Source: Pseudothermotoga sp.
GTDB lineage: Bacteria > Thermotogota > Thermotogae > Thermotogales > DSM-5069
Reading direction: 5' to 3'
DNA: 24,726 bases
NCBI GenBank assembly: GCA_041640575.1
Contig: JBEPZZ010000024.1
Span: 1-24,726, forward strand
The position numbers and the translations under genes are program-made. Position 1 is the first letter of the stretch; each line of letters opens with the position of its first letter. This document shows, piece by piece, positions 9,371-18,288 of this stretch. Below the pieces are notes generated by a model that was not told the DNA's origin, did not search any database, and saw only the letters and a list, made by a program, of their open reading frames with translations.

Positions 9371-10360
9371 ATGAAAAGGTTGCTTGGTGTAGTTTTAATC
9401 TTAGTTCTATGTTTCTCTGCCTTTGCACAATGGAAACCTGTCAAGTCTATCACAGTCATAGTTCCTTGGGCTGCAGGAGGTTCAACAGATCAAGTAACAA
9501 GAATGATTACCGCACAGATGGAACCACTTTTAGGTCGAAAGTTTATCATTGTTAACACACCTGGTGGTGCTGGTTCTATAGGAACTCTAAATGCCTGGCA
9601 ATCTCCGCACGATGGTTATACGTGGACTGCGAATGCTATGCTTGATATCATCAAGTATCCTCTACTAGGTTACATGGACGTGACACACAGGCAATGGAAA
9701 TATTTTATTCCTATCTACGCACCAAATGTAGTTGTTGTAAATCCAAACACACCGTATAAAACCGTCACCGAAGTTATAGAAGCGATGAAACAAAATCCAG
9801 AATTACCCTGGGGCTCAGCAGGTGTTGGAAGTGGCGGGCACGTTGCGCTCGAGATTTTTGCTGAGTATTTCGGCGTAAGGTACAAGCATGTACCATACGC
9901 AGGAGGTGCACCAGCTACAACAGCTGTGGTGTCTGGAGAAGTTGTAGGCAATATGCAGTTTTCCATGGAAGTAGCGGATATGGTTCGCGCAGGAAAACTT
10001 AGAGCAATATGCACCCTAGCTTCAAAAGATCTTGAGTTGCAGGGTTATGGAACAATTCCTTCTATAAGAAAGTGGTACCCAGATTTTCCCGACGTAGGAG
10101 CCTACTTTGGCTTGATAATACCCGCTGATATTCCATCTGAAATTCTCAAGAGCGTTGCGGAGGTTTTTGACAAAGCTGCAGATACTCAAGAATTCAAAGA
10201 TTGGGCAATCAAACAAGGACTTGTGCCAGTAAAAATCTACGGTGAGGAAGCTGACAAAATCGTCGAAGGAATCGCTTCAAGAGTTGGTTGGTTACTATTT
10301 GATAGGGGTATAGCAACTATTTCGCCCGAGAAATACAATATTCCAAGAATTCAAAAGTAG
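9371..10360 (+). CDS. tctC: Tripartite tricarboxylate transporter substrate-binding protein (Bug/TctC)
   Basis: Signal peptide plus VPWAAGGSTD, NTPGGAGSIG, PHDGYT, GSAGVGSGGH, HVPYAGGAPA, GKLRAI. Confidence 0.93.
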   Translation: MKRLLGVVLILVLCFSAFAQWKPVKSITVIVPWAAGGSTDQVTRMITAQMEPLLGRKFIIVNTPGGAGSIGTLNAWQSPHDGYTWTANAMLDIIKYPLLGYMDVTHRQWKYFIPIYAPNVVVVNPNTPYKTVTEVIEAMKQNPELPWGSAGVGSGGHVALEIFAEYFGVRYKHVPYAGGAPATTAVVSGEVVGNMQFSMEVADMVRAGKLRAICTLASKDLELQGYGTIPSIRKWYPDFPDVGAYFGLIIPADIPSEILKSVAEVFDKAADTQEFKDWAIKQGLVPVKIYGEEADKIVEGIASRVGWLLFDRGIATISPEKYNIPRIQK

Positions 10361-10373
10361 AATTTCAAAAACT

Positions 10374-10395
10374 GCGCCTGCACTTCTGCAGGCGC
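10374..10395 (+). terminator. Intercistronic hairpin after tctC
   Basis: Perfect 9-bp stem GCGCCTGCA-cttc-TGCAGGCGC followed by GTTT. Confidence 0.7.
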
Positions 10396-10431
10396 GTTTA
10401 ACTTCTCGTATCGCACACAAGAGGTGAAAAA

Positions 10432-10872
10432 ATGAAAGATAAACTCATGGGATCAATCTTTGCGGGAGTTGGATTGTTTTTCTTGATTGAAGCTTTAAGA
10501 ATGCCAACCGAAAACATATATGGATTCTATGGTGCCCCTGGAGTTGTCCCGGTAGTCTTTTCAAGTCTTGTTATATTGCTATCTCTTATAATGGTTTTCC
10601 GAAAAAGACCACAATCAATGTCCAGTACGAAAATCGAGAAAAGCATTGCAAGGATAGAGCTTACAAGATTGCTGTTATGGGTTGGTATATTCTTGTTGTA
10701 CGTTTACCTACTTGGAAAAATCAACTTCATTGTTTTAACATCAGTATTTTTAAGTGTTACACCAATGCTCTTTTACAGGAATAAAATATGGATTTTACCC
10801 ATTTTAGGGGTCATCACAACTTACGGAATCTTTTATATCTTTGCCAAAGTTTTTTACCTTCCTATTCCCTGA
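10432..10872 (+). CDS. tctB: Tripartite tricarboxylate transporter small membrane subunit
   Basis: 146-aa hydrophobic protein between tctC and tctA, with APGVVP and a terminal FYLPIP. Confidence 0.88.
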   Translation: MKDKLMGSIFAGVGLFFLIEALRMPTENIYGFYGAPGVVPVVFSSLVILLSLIMVFRKRPQSMSSTKIEKSIARIELTRLLLWVGIFLLYVYLLGKINFIVLTSVFLSVTPMLFYRNKIWILPILGVITTYGIFYIFAKVFYLPIP

Positions 10873-10887
10873 AGGAGTGTGAAATCA

Positions 10888-12387
10888 ATGCACGTGCTTG
10901 CAGATTACGTAAGATATCTCGGTACAATTGTAACCACGCCATCTTTGCTGTTCAATATGACATGGGCTACCTTGCTAGGAATTCTCATAGGTGCTCTTCC
11001 AGGTCTCACTGCAACCTTGGGAGTGGCGATTCTCACGACTTTAACCTTTGGTTTTCCGACGATGACTGCGATAGCTATGCTAATCTGTGTATACATAGGT
11101 GCCATTTACGGTGGCAGTAGAACAGCTATTGTCTTGAATATTCCTGGAACACCAGCTAATGCTGCCACAACTGTCGATGGTTTTCCGCTTGCAAGATCTG
11201 GGCAAGCAGGTTTCGCACTTAATGCTGCCACTATAATGTCTGGTCTTGGCTCGATCATCGGTGCGATCTTCATTGTTACTCTTGCGCCGATTCTCGGCAT
11301 GCTGGCTTTGAAATTCGGTTCATGGGAATTTGCCGTTCTTGCGATCTTTGGAACAGTGATAGCTGGGACACTCACGGCACCGAAAGATCCTTTGAAAGGT
11401 TGGATAGCTGGTTTTCTTGGTTTGATGATCTCCCAAATAGGACTCGATGAAATTGTCTCTTACCCAAGGTACACTTTTGGTCAAATTCAACTTTACGGTG
11501 GAATAGCCTTGCTACCGGTCTTAGTTGGTGTTTATGGCATTCCAGAAGTCCTGATAAGTTTGAAAAGGGTTGTTAAGCCTCAGGTAGCGCTTGATTTCTC
11601 CACTGAGAAACGTCAAACTTCTTACCTAAGGCTTATAAAGCAAAACCTGTTGAATATAATTCGTTCTGGCGTGATAGGAGTTTTTATAGGAGTTATACCT
11701 GGTGTTGGTGAAGATATAGCGGCGTGGGTTTCATACGATATTGCAAAGAGATCAAGCAAAGAACCTGAGAAATTTGGCCAAGGGTCTATAGAAGGCCTTA
11801 CAGCTGCAGAAACGGCGAACAACGCATGCGTTGGTGGTGCGATCATACCTGTTCTCACACTGGCCGTTCCTGGAAGTGCACCAGCGGCAGTACTACTGGC
11901 AGCTTTGTGGATCCATGGTGTAAGAGCAGGTCCATTGTTACCGATTGAAAACCCTTCGATGATTGGAAATGTTGCTGCCATGTTCACAATAGCAACGATC
12001 TTGATGGTTCTTTTTGGACTTCTTATAACAAGATTGGTTTTGAAAATACTACTGGTACCTGTTGAAATATTAATGCCAATAATTTTCGTGCTTTGTGTAA
12101 TCGGTACCTATGTATTGAACGGAAGAATGTTTGATGTTTGGATCATGTTACTTTTTGGAGTTCTCGGCTATTTCATGAGGTTAAACGAATTTCCAGCAGC
12201 GCCATTTGTTCTTGGCTTCATTCTTGGTCCTATGGCTGATGTTAATATCAGAAGAGCCTTGATACTATCAAAGGGTAGTTTGCTTCCTTTCGTAACCAGA
12301 CCTATTTCGCTCATTTTGCTTATTGCTATGTTCTTCGTGATGTTCTCAAGATACATTCCACGAGGAAGGAGAGATAAGGGTGGGTAA
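10888..12387 (+). CDS. tctA: Tripartite tricarboxylate transporter large membrane subunit
   Basis: GALPGL, YGGSRTAIVLNIPGTPANAATTVDGFP, AAETANNA, PVLTLAVPGS, FVTRPIS. ATG 10888 fits the AGGAG RBS better than GTG 10879. Confidence 0.95.
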   Translation: MHVLADYVRYLGTIVTTPSLLFNMTWATLLGILIGALPGLTATLGVAILTTLTFGFPTMTAIAMLICVYIGAIYGGSRTAIVLNIPGTPANAATTVDGFPLARSGQAGFALNAATIMSGLGSIIGAIFIVTLAPILGMLALKFGSWEFAVLAIFGTVIAGTLTAPKDPLKGWIAGFLGLMISQIGLDEIVSYPRYTFGQIQLYGGIALLPVLVGVYGIPEVLISLKRVVKPQVALDFSTEKRQTSYLRLIKQNLLNIIRSGVIGVFIGVIPGVGEDIAAWVSYDIAKRSSKEPEKFGQGSIEGLTAAETANNACVGGAIIPVLTLAVPGSAPAAVLLAALWIHGVRAGPLLPIENPSMIGNVAAMFTIATILMVLFGLLITRLVLKILLVPVEILMPIIFVLCVIGTYVLNGRMFDVWIMLLFGVLGYFMRLNEFPAAPFVLGFILGPMADVNIRRALILSKGSLLPFVTRPISLILLIAMFFVMFSRYIPRGRRDKGG

Positions 12388-13555
12388 AATAAGGGTCGGA
12401 CTTGTAGGTGCTGGGTTTGTTTCTCACATACACATCGCTGCTTACAAAGAGAATAGAGAATACTTTGACGTGTGTGGAATATGTGCCGCACATATCGAAA
12501 ATGCCGAAAAAATAGCAAAACAATACGGTATTAAGAAAGTTTACAAAGACTACTTTGAACTTTGCAAAAGTAATGAAATAGACATTGTGGACGTTTGTGT
12601 ACCTACAAATCTTCATGAGCATGTTATACTTGAAGCTTTTCAAAATGGCAAACACGTAATTTGTGAAAAACCGTTGACTGGGTATTTCGGAGAAGACAGG
12701 CCAGACTTGGATAGAGTGGGTGATCTAGATAAAGAAAGTATGTATAAGAAGGTGTGTGACAAGTTACGAATCATCGAAGAATCATTTAGAGCAAGTGGGA
12801 GGAAATTCATGTACGCTGAAAACTTCGTGTATGCTCCAGCTATCACAAAAGCTAAAAGACTTATACGAGCTTCGAATGCTGTCATTCTTGAGTTGAGGGC
12901 AGAAGAAAGTCATTCGGGTTCACACGCGACGTACTCCCGAAGATGGAGAACAGCAGGTGGCGGAAGTCTCTTAAGAATGGGGTCTCATCCCGTTGGTGCT
13001 GTTATTCATTTAAAACACTTTGAAGGTAGAATGCGGTATGGAAAACCCATACATGCGAAATCTGTTTTAGCTGAAGTTGGAAAGCTAACAAAAATGAAAA
13101 CTTTAGAGGGAAAGAAGCTTTTCATGGTAAGCGACTGGTATGACGTGGAAGATTGGTCTTGCGCAATCATAACTTTTGAAGATGAATCAAAAGCGGTAAT
13201 ATTCTCAAATGATATAAGCCTAGGTGGAGTGAAGAACTTTGTCCAGGTAAATACCAATAGTGGAATGATTTACTGCAGTATAACACCAAACAACATGTTA
13301 GTTACCTATGCTCCAAATGCGGAGATATGGGCGGATGAATACATTGCCGAGAAGATTGAAACAAAAGCTGGTTGGTCCTTTCCATCTCCCGATGAAGATT
13401 GGGTGAGAGGCTATCCTCAAGAGATGAAGGATTTTGCAATGTGTTTGCTTGAAGATAGGGAACCAGAATCCGATTTCGAGCTTGCGAAAGAAACAGTAAA
13501 AGTCATATATGCCGCTTATTTATCTGCAGAAAAGGGTATCAGAGTTGGGCTATAG
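12380..13555 (+). CDS. Gfo/Idh/MocA-family NAD(P)-dependent oxidoreductase
   Basis: GLVGAGFVS Rossmann motif, GKHVICEKPL, AGGGSLLRMGSHP, VEDW. Confidence 0.92.
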   Translation: MGKIRVGLVGAGFVSHIHIAAYKENREYFDVCGICAAHIENAEKIAKQYGIKKVYKDYFELCKSNEIDIVDVCVPTNLHEHVILEAFQNGKHVICEKPLTGYFGEDRPDLDRVGDLDKESMYKKVCDKLRIIEESFRASGRKFMYAENFVYAPAITKAKRLIRASNAVILELRAEESHSGSHATYSRRWRTAGGGSLLRMGSHPVGAVIHLKHFEGRMRYGKPIHAKSVLAEVGKLTKMKTLEGKKLFMVSDWYDVEDWSCAIITFEDESKAVIFSNDISLGGVKNFVQVNTNSGMIYCSITPNNMLVTYAPNAEIWADEYIAEKIETKAGWSFPSPDEDWVRGYPQEMKDFAMCLLEDREPESDFELAKETVKVIYAAYLSAEKGIRVGL

Positions 13556-13569
13556 ATGGAGGTAGTCAG

Positions 13570-14733
13570 ATGGATCTCTCATGCGAATATGTTGGCCTCA
13601 AGTTGAAAAATCCATTAATCATTGCCTCTTCAGGGTTAACTGAAACTACTGAGAGGATCACAAAAGCTGAAAATTATGGTGCGGCAGCCGTAGTTGTCAA
13701 GTCTTTTTTTGAAGAAGCAGTATGTAGACGGTCTCCTACGCCACACTTTCAGATAATAAATAGAAAAATGGGACGGCTTACCTCTGGAACTTTTTATTCA
13801 TTTGAGCAAGCAAGTTCTATGGACGAAAAAGAATATTTCAGAGAAGTTCAAAAAGCGATTAAAACGGTATCTATTCCAGTCATCCCAAGCATAAATTGCT
13901 TAACCGAAGAAGGATGGATAAGATGTTCAAAGTCCGCGCAAGAAGTTGGAGCACCAGCGCTTGAATTGAACGTTTCCTGCCCTCATGGTTCAATCTCTTT
14001 CCGAGGAGGAGATGTTGAAGAAAAGATACTTCATGTAGCAAGACTTGTGAGAAGGACAGTACATATACCTCTGATTGTCAAGCTACCTATGCAACTTTCT
14101 TCCCCATTGTCAATGGCCAAAATGCTTGAAAACGTTGGCATAAATGGTGTGGTAATGTTCAATCGTCTAACTGGGTTGGACATCGATATTGAGAACGAAA
14201 AACCAATTATGCATGGTGGTTATGCTGGTCATGGTGGCCCATGGACTTTCAACTATACGCTCAGATGGATTGCCACTTGCAGCCCTCATTTGAATATCTC
14301 CATCGCCGCATCCGGTGGTGTTGGATCTTGCGATGATATTGTTAAGTACATATATGCAGGGGCAAATGTTGTGGAAGTGTGTAGCCTTGTTTATTTAGAA
14401 GGATATGAAGTAATCGAAAAGCTTGTTGTAGAACTCAAAGAGTTTCTTCGAAAGAAAAACTATCATTCATTTTCTGAAATTAGAGGTAAGATCAGCGGCA
14501 AGGTAATTAAAGGAAATGATGAGATAGATCGAAGGAAGCTTTATATAGCACGAATTCAATCAAGTCTTTGCACAGCTTGTGGAATATGCAAAAAGATTTG
14601 CATTTATAATGCGCCACGTAAAGATGTTAAGATCTATATAATTCAAGATGAGTTTTGTGTAGGTTGCGGACTATGTGTTCAGCTATGTCCTGTGAAAGCT
14701 ATAGAGCTTGTTCCATGGAGTGAAAGCTCATGA
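13570..14733 (+). CDS. PreA / class-1 dihydroorotate dehydrogenase-like FMN protein with C-terminal 2x[4Fe-4S] ferredoxin domain
   Basis: GLKLKNPLIIASS, ELNVSCPHG (catalytic Cys loop), IVKL, GGYAG, SGGV. Ferredoxin motifs CTACGICKKIC and CVGCGLCVQLCP. Confidence 0.88.
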   Translation: MDLSCEYVGLKLKNPLIIASSGLTETTERITKAENYGAAAVVVKSFFEEAVCRRSPTPHFQIINRKMGRLTSGTFYSFEQASSMDEKEYFREVQKAIKTVSIPVIPSINCLTEEGWIRCSKSAQEVGAPALELNVSCPHGSISFRGGDVEEKILHVARLVRRTVHIPLIVKLPMQLSSPLSMAKMLENVGINGVVMFNRLTGLDIDIENEKPIMHGGYAGHGGPWTFNYTLRWIATCSPHLNISIAASGGVGSCDDIVKYIYAGANVVEVCSLVYLEGYEVIEKLVVELKEFLRKKNYHSFSEIRGKISGKVIKGNDEIDRRKLYIARIQSSLCTACGICKKICIYNAPRKDVKIYIIQDEFCVGCGLCVQLCPVKAIELVPWSESS

Positions 14734-16505
14734 GGGAATTAATCGCAGATGTTGTTATCATTGGTGATGGCGGAGCAGGCATGAGAGCCGCCATCTGCGC
14801 AAAAGAAGTTCATCCAGAATTAGATGTGATGATTGTTTCCAAAGGACGTTTTTGCAAGTGTAGTACCACTGCTTTAGCCTGGTCCGATCGCATGGCTTTT
14901 CATGCCACTCTACCGTATACACCACCTGAGAAGGAAAACTGGAAATTTCATGCGATGGATATTTACAAAATCGGTGGAGAAGTTTCAGATTACAAGCTGG
15001 CAGAAATCTTGGCTAAAGAGAGCGCAGAAGCTTTGGAGTATCTCGTGAACTTAGGGGTACCTTTTGCTAGAAATAAAGAGGGAAAAATCGATCAGTTTCT
15101 CACAGATGGGTCGATTTATCCACGTGCCTGTTACGTTGGACCTAACACAGCAATAGAAATTGCCAAAGCTCTCGAAAAAAGGATTCGCACAATGGACATC
15201 AAGATTCTTGAGAATACGATGGTTTACGATTTTCTCACTATGAATAACAGAGTATATGCAGCGCTAGCTGTTGATGTTTTGAAAAATGAACAAGTGCTAA
15301 TTCGTGGTAAATCTTTTGTGCTAGCAACAGGTGGAGCAGGAGAACTTTATAGGCAGAACGTTTTTCCAGCTGGTATGACAGGAGATGGATATGCTGCCGC
15401 CTTAAGAGCTGGAGCAGAGCTTGTGAACATGGAGTTTATGCAAATTGGGGTATGCCATACGAAACTACTTTTTGCAACATCAGGTAGCATGTTCAGAAGT
15501 CTCCCGAAAATCATTGACGAAAATGGAGATGAGTTTCTAACTCAGTACATTTCACCAATAACCCCGGATGATTTGACTATTCTCGAGTTCAAAAAAGGAG
15601 CACATTGGCCTATTTCTTATGAGTCACCTACGAAGATCATTGATCTTGCGATTTATGCTCATACACTAAAAGGTCATAAGGTTTTCATGGATTTTCGTGA
15701 AAATCCTTCCTATTTCTCTATAGATCGTATCCCAGAGGAGATACTAGCATGGAGTGAGAAAGTTGGTAAGGAACTATTTTACAACACAAAACCGTATGAA
15801 CGTCTTGTGAAGATCAACCAACAACTTGTCGACTGGTTGAATTCTTTCCACATTGATCCTGCGAAAGAGCCTGTTCAAGTTCAGAATGCTGTTCAACATT
15901 TTCAAGGCGGAGTGAAGATCGATGAGAATGCGAAGACCTCTGTCAAAGGGCTGTACGCAGCTGGTGAATGCGCCGGTGGACAGCATGGTGCGAATAGACC
16001 CGGAGGTAATTCATTGCTTGACACGCAAGTTTTTGGAAAAATAGCGGGCAAAAATGCAGCAGACGAAGCTTCAGTATTAACTTTTGAGAGAATTAAATTT
16101 GAGATTCCAAAAATACCAAGTGGACAGATACCCGCAAAAGAGGTAAGAAATAAGCTAAGAGACTTGATCTCTTCTTCTGCTTTTCTCGTGAGAATGGAAA
16201 GCCAAGTTTCTAACGCTCTTAGGGAGATAGATGCTTTGAAAGAAAAGGGAATCTGTGTGGATGAAAACGGGCTAGCTTATTTTTATGAAACTAGAAACAT
16301 GCTTCTTCTAGCAGAAGCTATTCTAACTGCGATACTTGTTAGGGACGAAAGTAGAGGGCCACATTTAAGATTCAAGCAGTTTGATCCACCAAAAATTGAA
16401 TTTTTGCCAAGAAGAGAAGAATGGAACAAATACATTGTTTTGAAACTAATGAACCGAAGAATACAAACCGAGGTTCGAGAACCGCTCAGACCAAAGGGTG
16501 ATTAG
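14730..16505 (+). CDS. SdhA/FrdA/NadB-family FAD-dependent oxidoreductase, substrate unknown
   Basis: GDGGAG FAD motif, LATGGAG, MTGDG, NMEFMQ, HFQGGVKID, GECAGGQHGANRPGGNSLLD, RDESRGPHLR. ATGA overlap with the upstream gene. Confidence 0.88.
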   Translation: MRELIADVVIIGDGGAGMRAAICAKEVHPELDVMIVSKGRFCKCSTTALAWSDRMAFHATLPYTPPEKENWKFHAMDIYKIGGEVSDYKLAEILAKESAEALEYLVNLGVPFARNKEGKIDQFLTDGSIYPRACYVGPNTAIEIAKALEKRIRTMDIKILENTMVYDFLTMNNRVYAALAVDVLKNEQVLIRGKSFVLATGGAGELYRQNVFPAGMTGDGYAAALRAGAELVNMEFMQIGVCHTKLLFATSGSMFRSLPKIIDENGDEFLTQYISPITPDDLTILEFKKGAHWPISYESPTKIIDLAIYAHTLKGHKVFMDFRENPSYFSIDRIPEEILAWSEKVGKELFYNTKPYERLVKINQQLVDWLNSFHIDPAKEPVQVQNAVQHFQGGVKIDENAKTSVKGLYAAGECAGGQHGANRPGGNSLLDTQVFGKIAGKNAADEASVLTFERIKFEIPKIPSGQIPAKEVRNKLRDLISSSAFLVRMESQVSNALREIDALKEKGICVDENGLAYFYETRNMLLLAEAILTAILVRDESRGPHLRFKQFDPPKIEFLPRREEWNKYIVLKLMNRRIQTEVREPLRPKGD

Positions 16506-17601
16506 ATTGAAAGCAAAAGCCATGGTTTTGGAAGAGTTCAAAAAAGCGCTTGTAAAGCAAGAATTCGAAATACCAAATCTCTCGGATGGGCAGATACTTG
16601 TAAAAGTTCTTGCAAGTGGTGTATGCGGAAGCGATGTTCACATTGCTAAAGGTGAAGATCCCAGGGCCCCGCTCCCATTGATCCTGGGACATGAAGGGGT
16701 TGGTAAAGTAGTCGAGATTGTTGGGGAAAAATCAGATCTTTTTGGTAGCAAGATACAACCAGGGGATTTGATCATCTGGAATCGAGGCATCGTATGTTGT
16801 CAGTGCTTTTGGTGCAAAGTTGCCAGACAACCTTTCCTGTGCCCTAATCGAAGAATATATGGAATAAATATGTCCTGCAGAGACCATCCATATCTGCTTG
16901 GAGCCTACAGTGAGTACATGATTCTTTTGAAAGGTACAGATGTGTTGAAATTAGAAAAAAATCTTGATCCAGCTATATTGGTAGTGGCTGGATGCTCTGG
17001 AGCCACCGCAATGCATGCCTTTGACGTGTTGACAGAACCATTAGTTGGGAAAATTGTGGTCGTTCAAGGTGCTGGTCCATTGGGTGTTTTCTGTTTAGTG
17101 GCGGCAAAATCTCTAGGTGCTTCTGTTGTAATTCTAATAAGTGGTTCAAAACAAAGACTTGATATTGCTAAGCAGGCGGGCGCCGATATTGTCCTTAGCC
17201 GATACGAGCAAAGTGAAGAAGAAAGGTATCGACAAGTAATGAATGTAACAAATACTCGTGGGGCAGATGTTGTAATTGAAGCAACTGGAAGCAGTGAAGC
17301 TCTGAGCGAGGGTCTCAGGTTGTTACGTAGAGGTGGAACCTACCTAGTAACAGGAGTTGCTGTTCCTCAACACTCTATTCTAATGGATGTTTATCATGAT
17401 TTGGTTTTAAAAAACGCCAATATTCATGGGATTTGGGTAAGTGATTCGCGCCATCTCGTCCAAGCCGTAAAGCTTATAGAAGAGCACCCAAAGTTGTTTG
17501 AGAAACTCATCACCCACAGGTTGAAACTTGAACAAGCAAACGAGGCTCTGCAATTGGTTGAAGAGCGAAAAGCTCTGAAAGCCGTATTGGTATCTGAATA
17601 G
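16498..17601 (+). CDS. Zinc-dependent medium-chain alcohol dehydrogenase
   Basis: [12 protein letters not shown], structural Zn C-x2-C-x2-C-x8-[15 protein letters not shown]. Overlaps the upstream gene by 8 nt. Confidence 0.93.
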   Translation: MIRLKAKAMVLEEFKKALVKQEFEIPNLSDGQILVKVLASGVCGSDVHIAKGEDPRAPLPLILGHEGVGKVVEIVGEKSDLFGSKIQPGDLIIWNRGIVCCQCFWCKVARQPFLCPNRRIYGINMSCRDHPYLLGAYSEYMILLKGTDVLKLEKNLDPAILVVAGCSGATAMHAFDVLTEPLVGKIVVVQGAGPLGVFCLVAAKSLGASVVILISGSKQRLDIAKQAGADIVLSRYEQSEEERYRQVMNVTNTRGADVVIEATGSSEALSEGLRLLRRGGTYLVTGVAVPQHSILMDVYHDLVLKNANIHGIWVSDSRHLVQAVKLIEEHPKLFEKLITHRLKLEQANEALQLVEERKALKAVLVSE

Positions 17602-18274
17602 GAAGGTTACAACGTGAGTAACAAAAGTGAAAGCGCACTTGAAAATGAAAAAAGGCACCTGGAAGTGCCTTTTTCTTTATCTTGAAGGATTTCTTGTCGT
17701 GCTTTCCACGACACCCTTCATCACCTACGCTTTTGTGAGGAATTATTCTTGCTGGGATTCCAACGGCCGTACAGTTATCAGGAACGTCAGTAAGCACAAC
17801 AGCATTTGCACCTATTTTGCAATTGTTGCCTATTTTTATTGGTCCAAGCAACTTTGCACCAGCACCAATAATGACGTTGTTTCCAACTGTTGGATGCCTC
17901 TTACCCTTATGTTTGCCAGTACCTCCAAGTGTTACACCGTGGAACATGATTACATTATCGCCGACCTCTGCAGTCTCACCTATTACAACTCCAAAACCAT
18001 GGTCAATTAGAATTCTTCTGCCAAGTTTAGCACCTGGATGGATTTCTATTCCTGTGAAGAACCGGACCAATTGGGATATCAACCTTGCGAGAAAATAAAG
18101 CCGTTTCCTGTAGAAGAAATGAGCTACCCTATGCCATAAAACAGCATGAAAGCCTGGATAGAGAAGTAAAACTTCCAGAAAGCTCCTGGCTGCAGGATCG
18201 TTCTCGATAATAAAACTGATCTCCTCTTTGAAGTAGTTAAAAAATGCTTTGAAAGAGTTTATAAGCTTTCTCAT
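17510..18274 (-). CDS. cysE: Serine O-acetyltransferase; 3' end probably frameshifted (natural end near 17721)
   Basis: [42 protein letters not shown]...[22 protein letters not shown] 18274 follows GAGGTGG. The ORF reads through the terminator into adh. Confidence 0.9.
   Translation of the reverse strand: MRKLINSFKAFFNYFKEEISFIIENDPAARSFLEVLLLYPGFHAVLWHRVAHFFYRKRLYFLARLISQLVRFFTGIEIHPGAKLGRRILIDHGFGVVIGETAEVGDNVIMFHGVTLGGTGKHKGKRHPTVGNNVIIGAGAKLLGPIKIGNNCKIGANAVVLTDVPDNCTAVGIPARIIPHKSVGDEGCRGKHDKKSFKIKKKALPGAFFHFQVRFHFCYSRCNLPIQIPIRLSELFALQPIAEPRLLVQVSTCG
17648..17674. terminator. Bidirectional intrinsic terminator between adh and cysE
   Basis: AAAAAAGGCAC-ctggaa-GTGCCTTTTT, with A and T tracts on both sides, between convergent genes. 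Confidence 0.8.
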
Positions 18275-18288
18275 AAACCACCTCATTT

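Noticed and set aside
13570..16505. Naming these genes pyrD/preA and sdhA/nadB/aprA
   Set aside because: Partner subunits and pathway genes are absent and substrate-binding motifs have diverged.
17683..17725. Hammerhead ribozyme or SECIS reading of UGAUGA...stem...GAAA
   Set aside because: The core is GUGAUGA rather than CUGAUGA, stems I and III are not evident, and the UGAs are better explained as the original cysE stops.
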